Below, one piece after another: positions 19,823 to 27,692 of a stretch of DNA of 64,000 nt. The notes beneath the pieces are model-generated. The model saw only the letters and a program-made list of their open reading frames with translations. It was not told the DNA's origin and ran no database searches. Source of the DNA: Halobacteriovoraceae bacterium (GTDB lineage Bacteria > Bdellovibrionota > Bacteriovoracia > Bacteriovoracales > Bacteriovoracaceae). The stretch spans positions 3,824-67,823 of the forward strand of contig PAVS01000017.1 of NCBI GenBank assembly GCA_002713145.1, written 5' to 3'. Position 1 is the first letter of the stretch. Each line of letters starts with the position of its first letter. Made by a program: the position numbers and the translations under genes.

Positions 19823-21013
19823 TTAAAGCGAAGGTAAGCCCCCACCACAGGAAGGGTTAGTGTAGTCATTGATGCAAGCATCATCACAGTCATCACCATC
19901 TGAGTCATAGGGAAGCTGACAAGATCCACATGAAAAAGCTGGGCATCCTCCACCTTCATCCGATGTGGAACTTCCTCCACTCGAACCAGTGGCCGAGATC
20001 GATCTCTCGCATTGAACGCATGAGTAAACGGGGTATTCTGTATTGGTCGTACGAACACATTTCTTTCCACAAGAACTTGCAGTTGCTTGATTATAGTAAC
20101 CTGAAACAATAATATCATAATCGTTACCATCAGTTGGACACCCCATCGTTCCGGTCAAAGGATTACTAAAAGGCTTACCAGCAGGTCCAGAAGGCATATA
20201 AGCTCCCCCGTAACGACAATAACTAGGAGGGTTCACTGGATTGACGATACAATTTTCAGTGTCTTCATCCCATACATAATCAGAAATTCCATTTCCATCA
20301 AAATCCATTCGCTCACATAAGCTTTGCATGGCGGTGAGGACCGCGTCACCTTCCGCACTAAAACATCTGTCCACTTGATCATTAGGTATAGCAGGTAGTC
20401 CAGCTACCGCGAGTCCAGTTCCCATTTGGGCTTCTAGATCAACGAAGTGGGATATCTCTCTTTCATTATCAGTACAATTGGCACAGTCTCTTTTTGCAAA
20501 AATAAATTCAAGTTGAATTTTTGCATTCTTAACTCTTCTTCCTCCAGCTGGCTCTGGTTCATAAGCAGAAATTCTCGCATCATAAAGCACAACTCTATTA
20601 GCGTTTTTCCCCCAAACTTTTTCTTCTTCAGCTGGCGTTGATGCTCCTTTCTCAGTAAACATCATATCCATATTAACCCCTGTGACAGGGTTAGGTCTTT
20701 GGATCTTTGTGATTTTTTGATAGGTTCCAGAGTCGTCACCCAGAGTTCTGACATTTAAAGCCCCTCCTAAAGTTTCCATCGTCGCTTTACAAATGTCTTG
20801 ATTATAAAATAAGGAGTTAATCATATTTCTTGCATTCATAAGCTCCATATTTCTATTGGCTTCTGTCTGCATATCAACGGAAGATTTTTGCAATTGCATA
20901 AAACCTAAACTAACTGCTCCCAGCATGGCCATGGCCATGACAACTTCAATCATTGATAAACCATATTGATTGAGAGAAAATAGTCTTATGAATGTTAAAT
21001 TTTTCTTATTCAT
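19823..21013 (-). CDS. Type IV pilin-like (class III signal) protein with a large Cys-rich C-terminal region
   Basis: The likely start is MNKKN at 21013. The leader MNKKNLTFIRLFSLNQYG|LSMIEVVMAMAMLGAVSLGF has G-1 and E+5 followed by a hydrophobic helix. About 20 Cys are present, ending CPAFSCGSCQLPYDSDGDDCDDACINDYTNPSCGG. Confidence 0.7.
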   Translation of the reverse strand: MNKKNLTFIRLFSLNQYGLSMIEVVMAMAMLGAVSLGFMQLQKSSVDMQTEANRNMELMNARNMINSLFYNQDICKATMETLGGALNVRTLGDDSGTYQKITKIQRPNPVTGVNMDMMFTEKGASTPAEEEKVWGKNANRVVLYDARISAYEPEPAGGRRVKNAKIQLEFIFAKRDCANCTDNEREISHFVDLEAQMGTGLAVAGLPAIPNDQVDRCFSAEGDAVLTAMQSLCERMDFDGNGISDYVWDEDTENCIVNPVNPPSYCRYGGAYMPSGPAGKPFSNPLTGTMGCPTDGNDYDIIVSGYYNQATASSCGKKCVRTTNTEYPVYSCVQCERSISATGSSGGSSTSDEGGGCPAFSCGSCQLPYDSDGDDCDDACINDYTNPSCGGGLPSL

Positions 21014-21581
21014 TTTTATTTCCCTACAAAGTATTAATTTATATAGCTCACCCATTGTCGAACTTTCACCTAAGCTTCAAAACTATTTTTGGTCAAAGTA
21101 TTTCAAATGGTTACCTAATCATTTTAAAACATCTCACGATTCAAACAAAGAACTAATAAAGCGGCTAAAGCTGAATAAAGAGCTCAAGAGTCCCTATCTT
21201 ATTGAATTTTCTAAGGGAGAGGCGATAGTTTACTTATCCTCTCAGTTTATGAATTTTCCTGAAGTTATTTCTCTATGCCCTACTTCGTTGGCAAAGTCTT
21301 ATAAAGCAAAACAAAAATGCGCTCAGTCTGAAACTATCACTTGGCAAAAACGTGACTGCCCTAAGAAGCTGAAGTTACAAAAGTCTTACTATAATAGATC
21401 AGAGCAAGCGCACTGTTATTATCATAAAAACCAGGTTTTTATTTTTGACCACTTCAAGCCTCATATTTTAAATGAATTAGAGCTCGAAGTGGTTAAAAAA
21501 CATTTAAATGAATTCAATCTCTCTCCTACTCTTATTGGATTTGAACATGACACTAATGAATTAAGCGTTTATTATTATTAA
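20988..21581 (+). CDS. Secreted hypothetical protein (4 Cys)
   Basis: The ATG at 20988 gives the signal-like MNVKFFLFIFISLQSINLYSS. Its 5' end overlaps the divergent pilin-like gene start by 26 nt. No recognisable domain. Confidence 0.45.
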   Translation: MNVKFFLFIFISLQSINLYSSPIVELSPKLQNYFWSKYFKWLPNHFKTSHDSNKELIKRLKLNKELKSPYLIEFSKGEAIVYLSSQFMNFPEVISLCPTSLAKSYKAKQKCAQSETITWQKRDCPKKLKLQKSYYNRSEQAHCYYHKNQVFIFDHFKPHILNELELEVVKKHLNEFNLSPTLIGFEHDTNELSVYYY

Positions 21582-22346
21582 ATGAAAAAAATTTGGAAGA
21601 AGCACAAAGAAACCATTGTTGTTATTGCTATAGGCCTAGGCGTGACTGTGTATTTTTTTTCACAAACCAGAACTTTTCAACAACCTGAACCTGTTCAATC
21701 CTATGTTCCCCCAAAAAGAACACTCAAAAAAAGCTCTGTTAAAAAATCAGACAACAAAACCATAAGCGCTCTTAAAGATTTAGATGAAGCTTCACTCAAA
21801 AACCTCGCAAAAAAAGTCCGAAATATAAAAAAGAAAGAGTCTAAAAATGCTCTTATCCAACAGAAAAAACTTCAAAAGCTGATTGAAATTGAAAAAGCCA
21901 AGCAGGAGATGAGAACAATCAAAGAAAAAGCTGGGGTTCAAGCTTTTGCCCCGGAAGAATACACACCGAGTCCACTACCAAATAAATACAGCACCGTAAA
22001 CGTTGTCCAAGCAAAGCATAAATCAAAAAAAATCACCTTAACAACCCTCGTCTCAGAAGTACCGCTAGATGAAGATGATCAACTGCTGGCGGCCATGACT
22101 TTATTTGGAACACATTCCGATTTTTTTGAGCCGGTAGAAGATCATGGCTTAGAGCACCCTGGAATAGAGGGGCTTCAAGTGCTAAGTATTGAGGGAGATT
22201 ATTCTGCGTATGTGATTCAAGGGGTGAGTAAGTTTACAGGTAAACCCATTTTTTATTCAGTTGATGGAGATGGTGCTGATATTCAAGCTGAAATCTCAAA
22301 ACTAAAACAAGAATTTTCTAAACTCGAAATTACAAAACCAAAATAA
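21582..22346 (+). CDS. Membrane-anchored, lysine-rich hypothetical protein
   Basis: The start abuts the upstream stop (TAAATG). It has an N-terminal anchor IVVIAIGLGVTVYFF, a Lys-rich linker and a C-terminal globular part. Confidence 0.5.
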   Translation: MKKIWKKHKETIVVIAIGLGVTVYFFSQTRTFQQPEPVQSYVPPKRTLKKSSVKKSDNKTISALKDLDEASLKNLAKKVRNIKKKESKNALIQQKKLQKLIEIEKAKQEMRTIKEKAGVQAFAPEEYTPSPLPNKYSTVNVVQAKHKSKKITLTTLVSEVPLDEDDQLLAAMTLFGTHSDFFEPVEDHGLEHPGIEGLQVLSIEGDYSAYVIQGVSKFTGKPIFYSVDGDGADIQAEISKLKQEFSKLEITKPK

Positions 22347-22354
22347 ACTTAAAA

Positions 22355-23869
22355 CTAGCGACAAAAGTTAGTTTCAGCTACAGAATCAATTTTTTCTTGT
22401 TGAAGAAGTGCGCAGTCATATTCATTTTCAAGAAAGGCGACGGGGTAACATTCAAGAGGAATGCCTTCATTTTTATTCCATGAATAGTTCTCACGGCAAG
22501 TTTTATAAGATCCTTTCTCAACACATGCCCAGTGACTTCCTTTGCAGTTGTACACTAACCCCATACCAAGGGCATCATAACTAGGAGGGTCGGTAGGTCT
22601 CGTCACGGCCAGGGTCTTTTGTGCTTTTTGTTCATCTTTAAGTTTTACTTCAAGATCTTCGAGGAGTTTTTTTGTAATTTCACTTGAGATATCAGGTTGA
22701 ATATCTGGCTGTGGAATGATCTCTTCATCCATTAACTCTTCATTAGAATCGTTGAGCGAAATATCACTATCCATAGCATTAGAATCAAGCGTTGTCGGAT
22801 CCTCATTTGAGCTCTCAGTGATCTCATTATTCTCAGCACTCCCCTCCGTCTCTGGTGAAACTTCTGGCGCTGTTAATTGATCCATGTCTAAATCACTGAG
22901 TTGATCATCTGCCACATCTTCATTGGTAACCGTCGTGTTTGAATCATTAATGTCTGTACTCGGAGTCTCTTTGACTTGAGCAGGCTCATCAATCTGGGGC
23001 TTTTCAACTTCTGTATTCTTTAAATCATCAAGATTCATATTTTGATTTTTCGTGATCTGGTCCATTTGCTCGTCGATCTCTTTATCTAACTCAGTGGTCA
23101 CCTCAGCAGGTTCATCAATGACTGGTTCTTCAATCACGGGCTCCTCAATCACAGGTTCTTCTTCTATAATAGGCTCATTCTCAACCTCTACAACTTCTAC
23201 TGGTTGTTCTGGCTTATCTTCAACTTGCTTAGGTGCAACTTCGGGTTGAGTCGGCTTTGCTGGAGGAGCTTTTTTATTTTTAGCTGTATTACTTTTAAAT
23301 TCACTCGGAGGAGGATCTTCCACTAAAAAAACAACGATAAGCCCAATGGCGGCTAATCCGTAGATGATACCTTTTTTAACTTCGATTTTGCGTTTCGGTT
23401 TTTCCCCTTCAAGAACAATATTTGAGGTATCAATTTCTTCAGTGGCATTAGATGAAGCTTTATTTTTTTTCTTAAGAATATTGGCCAGAGCTGGTAATTT
23501 TTTATCTACAAATGTTTTAACTGTCTTCTCAACATTATGAAGACCCGTTTTCTCTTTGACGGGTTTTGGGGCGGCTTTTTTATTGGCCCCCGCACTCTTT
23601 TTAATTTTAGCCACAAGAGAATTAAATTTCTCTTTAATTCCGGAGCCTTCTATAGTGGGTTCAGCATCAAGTTCATCATCTAAGTCTTCATCTTCGTCAA
23701 TTTCATATTCATCATCGAGCTCGTCTTCCACCAGTAGCTCGTCTTGGGCATTGAAACTGACTTGAGATTGAGGTGAGTCTAATAATTGTGCCTCTAATTC
23801 ATCTTCACTGAGAAGAGCATCAAGGTCATTTTCTATAGATTCCGTCCCATCGTACTCTTCGATCTCCAA
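22355..23869 (-). CDS. Highly acidic single-pass membrane protein with Pro/Glu tandem repeats and a C-terminal 6-Cys domain
   Basis: Acidic N-terminus, TM helix GIIYGLAAIGLIVVFLV, EEPVIEEPVIEEPVIDEP repeats, and a C-terminal CKGSHWACVEKGSYKTCRENY...ECYP...DCALL...FCR. The annotated start is a TTG and is uncertain. Confidence 0.6.
   Translation of the reverse strand: MEIEEYDGTESIENDLDALLSEDELEAQLLDSPQSQVSFNAQDELLVEDELDDEYEIDEDEDLDDELDAEPTIEGSGIKEKFNSLVAKIKKSAGANKKAAPKPVKEKTGLHNVEKTVKTFVDKKLPALANILKKKNKASSNATEEIDTSNIVLEGEKPKRKIEVKKGIIYGLAAIGLIVVFLVEDPPPSEFKSNTAKNKKAPPAKPTQPEVAPKQVEDKPEQPVEVVEVENEPIIEEEPVIEEPVIEEPVIDEPAEVTTELDKEIDEQMDQITKNQNMNLDDLKNTEVEKPQIDEPAQVKETPSTDINDSNTTVTNEDVADDQLSDLDMDQLTAPEVSPETEGSAENNEITESSNEDPTTLDSNAMDSDISLNDSNEELMDEEIIPQPDIQPDISSEITKKLLEDLEVKLKDEQKAQKTLAVTRPTDPPSYDALGMGLVYNCKGSHWACVEKGSYKTCRENYSWNKNEGIPLECYPVAFLENEYDCALLQQEKIDSVAETNFCR
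23109..23170 (-). repeat. Imperfect 15-bp in-frame tandem repeat (3 full units plus 1 partial) encoding (E)EPVI units
   Basis: The plus strand reads GGTTCATCAATGACT / GGTTCTTCAATCACG / GGCTCCTCAATCACA / GGTTCTTCTTC... Confidence 0.8.
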
Positions 23870-23941
23870 ATCTTCATCCAGAAGATCATCTTCAATAAAG
23901 TCATCATCTTTTTTATCAGTGATAGCCCACCCCTATTTAAC

Positions 23942-23970
23942 TTGTTATCTATCTATGACATAACTATAAT
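23942..23970 (+). promoter_or_regulatory. Candidate sigma-70-type promoter, TTGTTA-N17-TATAAT
   Basis: TTGTTA lies at 23942-23947, followed by a 17-nt spacer and TATAAT at 23965-23970, upstream of the aldolase-like gene. AT-rich DNA makes chance matches plausible. Confidence 0.35.
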
Positions 23971-24009
23971 AGTATAAACGTGATTCGTTCATTTTCAAAA
24001 GATTTAGTT

Positions 24010-24624
24010 ATGGCCAACACCGCAAATAGTGGAATTATAAAATTTAGATTTAATCTCAAAATGTCGTCCCCCATAAATGAAGAGCATTTTCTTCCTATAG
24101 AGAAGTGGAGAATCATCTTTCATAAAATGAATCTTATTGGGGAATACAAGACTACAAACGTCGGCTTTGGTAATCTCTCTAAGCGACTGCTTGTAGGTGA
24201 AGAACCTTTTGTCATTACCGGAACTCAGACAGGCCATTATCCCAATCTTAATGGAATGCAATACTGTAAAGTCACAAAATGCAATATGACGAAATTGATT
24301 ATTGAAGCGGTAGGACCCATTGCACCTTCCAGTGAGTCCCTTACCCATCATGCGGTTTATTCAAAAAATCCCAAAATTAATTTTGTCTTTCATATTCACC
24401 ACATTCAATTGTGGAACTATATGCTAAAAAATAAATTTCCCAATACTCCAGAAGATATTGATCACAGGTCCCAAGCTATGATTGAAGCTGCCAAAAAATG
24501 CACACAAGAAAATGAGGTAGGGATATTTGCCATCAGTTCTTCAGAAGGAAGTGTCATCGCCTATGGTAAAAATGCGGAGGATGCTGGAAAGCTTATTTTA
24601 GAAACTCTTAAAAAAAGTAGATAA
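24010..24624 (+). CDS. Class II aldolase/adducin-N-terminal-domain family protein
   Basis: GFGNLSKRL, FVITGTQTG, IAPSSESLTHHAVY and FVFHIHH resemble the SGNxSxR / ITPSG / PSSE..H / H.H metal-site pattern of class II aldolase-like enzymes. The start was chosen at ATG 24010; the ORF opens at GTG 23980. Confidence 0.6.
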   Translation: MANTANSGIIKFRFNLKMSSPINEEHFLPIEKWRIIFHKMNLIGEYKTTNVGFGNLSKRLLVGEEPFVITGTQTGHYPNLNGMQYCKVTKCNMTKLIIEAVGPIAPSSESLTHHAVYSKNPKINFVFHIHHIQLWNYMLKNKFPNTPEDIDHRSQAMIEAAKKCTQENEVGIFAISSSEGSVIAYGKNAEDAGKLILETLKKSR

Positions 24625-24735
24625 TTTACATATTTGCCCTATTTATCGGTCAATGGGCCAGGTGACCACCATTCGTCGAGGTTCAACTTATTAAAATCTC
24701 TTTAGATTTCATACATATGTTATTATAATAATCAA

Positions 24736-25857
24736 ATGAAAAAAAACTTAAATAGACGAAAACTCATTCAGTTAGCCGTGAGTGGCTTCCTGGCACAATC
24801 CTGTAAAATACCTGGATTAGGAAGGGATATTTTTAGCTTCTTCGATAAGGGGAAAGAAAAAACATCATCTAAAACTAATGAGTATATTTATTCTGGCTAT
24901 CGCGTAGGTGAACCTTATAAAACAGAAGAAGTTGGGTTGCATATTGGGGGAGTTAATCATTCCTTAAATAAAAAAGTAAAACTAAAAAATGAAATTCACT
25001 CTATTGTTTATTCCCCCCAAGATGATTCTAAACTCTTTATTTCTAAATTAGACAAGTATTCCTACTGTCAACGAGGAGAGGGTGAATTTATAGAGTTCTC
25101 TGCTGTTAAAGATCATTATTTTTACGGTCATGCAGCCTTCGATAATCTTAGAAATGTCATTTATACGACCCAGGCTAAGATCACTAAAAATAGACATGAT
25201 GAAGAACAAGAAAAGAGCCTTGGAAAAATTTTTATTTATTCAGTCGATACCTTAGAAGTCATAGGTGAATTTGAAACCTTTGGCTCCGATCCTCATGATT
25301 TAAAAATTGTTAATGATGAGCTCGTTGTTTGTAATGGCGGAGTCGACTCCAATGTGGCATTTATTAATTTAGAAACAAAGAAATTAGTTAAAAGCTTTCC
25401 CATCAATGAAGAAAATATAAGTTTACGACACTGCGAGATTATAGATAGTGAGAACTTTATCATTGCAAGTCTTTCTAGAAATATCGTTTCTCCTTGTGGA
25501 ATTTATTTATTAAATAAAGATAAAGGCTTTATCCAGTATCGAATGCCAAAAAAGTTGGAAGAAGCCCTCGCTTTAAGACAATTTCTGAGTGTCCTTTACT
25601 ATAACGGTGTTGTTTTTGCGACATGTCCAGCGGCCAATAATGTACTGGCATGGAAACTCACAGGAGAATTCATTGGCGCTCACAGTATAACCTCAGCTAA
25701 TAACCTATCTTACTCCCCTACCTATAAGGGAGTTATTGTGGGAACGGGGCTTTTAGGATCACATGCCCATCTCCTCAAGGTTATTGATCAAAATGTCGTT
25801 GTCTCTAAACTCAATCATTTAAAAGACCTAACGGGATCACATGCAACAATCATCTAA
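24736..25857 (+). CDS. DUF1513-like periplasmic beta-propeller protein with a Tat-type signal
   Basis: Signal RRKLIQLAVSGFLAQSC. The motifs HYFYGHAAF, GSDPHDLKI, LVVCNGGV and ISLRHCE parallel the conserved F-YGHG-F, GxGPHE, VVANGG and LSIRHL blocks of DUF1513. Confidence 0.6.
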   Translation: MKKNLNRRKLIQLAVSGFLAQSCKIPGLGRDIFSFFDKGKEKTSSKTNEYIYSGYRVGEPYKTEEVGLHIGGVNHSLNKKVKLKNEIHSIVYSPQDDSKLFISKLDKYSYCQRGEGEFIEFSAVKDHYFYGHAAFDNLRNVIYTTQAKITKNRHDEEQEKSLGKIFIYSVDTLEVIGEFETFGSDPHDLKIVNDELVVCNGGVDSNVAFINLETKKLVKSFPINEENISLRHCEIIDSENFIIASLSRNIVSPCGIYLLNKDKGFIQYRMPKKLEEALALRQFLSVLYYNGVVFATCPAANNVLAWKLTGEFIGAHSITSANNLSYSPTYKGVIVGTGLLGSHAHLLKVIDQNVVVSKLNHLKDLTGSHATII

Positions 25858-26779
25858 ATTAAATCAATTCGGTTTTAGTATGGTTGAGTCAACTATGGCC
25901 TTAGGCTTTATTGCGATTGTGGTTATGATTTCTCTGTCTATAAATCGTATGAGTAATCAATCTCATATGAAGATGAAAAACTCTGATGAGTTAATTTCAC
26001 TCAATAAAGAAATTAAAAATTTACTCTCAGATACGTCAACTTGTTATTCTAGTCTTTACTCTGCAGGGCAAGATGTAACTGCGGGCTATGATGTCGATGA
26101 AATCCTTGATTCAAGTGGCAATGTTCGTTTTGCTGTTGGAAATACCTATAACTTTCTTGAACTTGAAAGCATGAAGATCGAACCTCCTTCCCTTGGTACA
26201 GCAACTCATATGAATAAGCCAGGAACCGGTTTTCTCACATTAACATCTTCGTGGAAACCTACTAATAAAACGAGTTTTGACCGTTCAGTTCTGAGTCGAC
26301 TGAGAATATGGATGCAGGTTGATAATACTGGAGAGATGCTCAATTGTGGCTCTATAACAATGAATTTGAGTCATTTATGGAGAAGATCATACGTTGATGC
26401 ACGGGACATCATCTATATGGATGGTTCGGTATCAGTGGGAACGGAAAGTACAGACGCAAGCTTCGTCGTGCAAGGAAAAATAAAAGCTACACTCCCAGAC
26501 TTTGGGGATAGTGTCGAGTTAGACCCCGGCGATGTGAATGGATATTACCTCAACTTTCTTAGTGATAAGAAAATGGTCTTTTTTAATCAAGCGACACTCA
26601 GCCTAGCTGAACTTCAAGTAAGAGACCTCGACCTTACAGGTGAGCTCATCAATTATGGTACTCCTCCGGCTTGCAGTCTTGCCACACTTGGAGCCATACG
26701 GGTGAATCCTAGCATAAAACGTCTCCAGTATTGTGGTCGCCATGGGGGAACAGGAAGGTGGTTTACAATTGAAGAATAA
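25841..26779 (+). CDS. Type IV pilin-like protein, paralogue 1 of a tandem trio
   Basis: Leader MQQSSKLNQFG|FSMVESTMALGFIAIVVMISL with G-1 and E+5. It overlaps the DUF1513-like gene by 17 nt. It shares internal and C-terminal motifs with the next two ORFs (see findings). Confidence 0.75.
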   Translation: MQQSSKLNQFGFSMVESTMALGFIAIVVMISLSINRMSNQSHMKMKNSDELISLNKEIKNLLSDTSTCYSSLYSAGQDVTAGYDVDEILDSSGNVRFAVGNTYNFLELESMKIEPPSLGTATHMNKPGTGFLTLTSSWKPTNKTSFDRSVLSRLRIWMQVDNTGEMLNCGSITMNLSHLWRRSYVDARDIIYMDGSVSVGTESTDASFVVQGKIKATLPDFGDSVELDPGDVNGYYLNFLSDKKMVFFNQATLSLAELQVRDLDLTGELINYGTPPACSLATLGAIRVNPSIKRLQYCGRHGGTGRWFTIEE

Positions 26780-27692
26780 AATACTTCACCATTATGGAAT
26801 AAGTTTAGTTCAACTGACAATAGGCATTGCCTTGACAGGAATCATAAGCTCAGTGTTAATGCGCTCTCTGCTCGTTAGCCAAAAAGCAAAAAAAGACTTT
26901 TTGGTCAACCAAGAAGTCAGAGAACTCACCAATAAAATTGCTGTCTGGCTAAGTAATAATAAAGCTTGTGAAAATACGTTTGCGACAATGGATCCTAATG
27001 GAGAAACAGGACTTAAAGTGATCAAGGATCAAGATGGAAATGAAATGTGGAACTCAGATAATGATAAATACGGAACCCTCGGACTTCAAATTGAAGAAAT
27101 GAGTCTTATAGACTTTGCAGGGATGGAAGATGGATCCAATTATGTTCCAGGAGAGATGGGTTCCACAAACTTAATGATCTCTTTTTCAAAAGTAGCTGGT
27201 AGTAATTATGAAGGCAGAGAAGTTCAGTCTAAGATCAGATTATCTATTCTCACTGACAGTGGTTCAGGAGAAATTATTGACTGTTTTACCTCTGAGTCTT
27301 CAGTTGGTTCATTATGGATCAGAAGAGAAGGCACACCTACCGATATTTTATATTTAAATGGGCGCCTAGGTGTTGGAACTGATCCCACCGAAGGACTAGA
27401 TGTAGTAGGAGCTGTTCAAGTTGAAAATATCGCAGGACAAGAGATGAAGCTTGATGTCAACACCACAGAATACGAAATTGAAGTCAATGTTGATAAGCCT
27501 ATCGTTTTACGAAATATTTCTCAGGGGAGACGTGCAGATTTTGATGCTGGGTTCATAAATTACTCAAGGTATTTAAAACTTGGAAATTCTGGAATGAGTT
27601 GCACTAATCCTATTACAGGGACATTACGTTATAATGGCTTTGCCTTACAATACTGCCGAGATGGAGCTTGGAGGACACTCAGTTATGAATAA
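26769..27692 (+). CDS. Type IV pilin-like protein, paralogue 2 (Gln at +5)
   Basis: The TTG at 26769 is preceded by AGGAAGGTGG at 7 nt and gives the leader (M)KNKILHHYG|ISLVQLTIGIALTGIISSVLM. The ORF also opens at GTG 26733 and ATG 26742. It overlaps paralogue 1 by 11 nt. Confidence 0.65.
   Translation: MKNKILHHYGISLVQLTIGIALTGIISSVLMRSLLVSQKAKKDFLVNQEVRELTNKIAVWLSNNKACENTFATMDPNGETGLKVIKDQDGNEMWNSDNDKYGTLGLQIEEMSLIDFAGMEDGSNYVPGEMGSTNLMISFSKVAGSNYEGREVQSKIRLSILTDSGSGEIIDCFTSESSVGSLWIRREGTPTDILYLNGRLGVGTDPTEGLDVVGAVQVENIAGQEMKLDVNTTEYEIEVNVDKPIVLRNISQGRRADFDAGFINYSRYLKLGNSGMSCTNPITGTLRYNGFALQYCRDGAWRTLSYE

Noticed and set aside
19798-20130. 110-aa same-strand alternative frame within the pilin-like gene
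   Set aside because: It is fully embedded in the longer 19823..21013 frame, which carries the class III signal. It has no independent support.
23052-23765. Ser-rich plus-strand ORFs (23052..23249, 23556..23765) antisense to the acidic repeat protein gene
   Set aside because: These are the mirror image of GAA/GAT-rich coding sequence (TTC and ATC give Ser/Ile-rich shadow frames). No start context.
24004-24351. 115-aa minus-strand ORF antisense to the class II aldolase-like gene
   Set aside because: The plus-strand frame has recognisable family motifs. The antisense frame has none.
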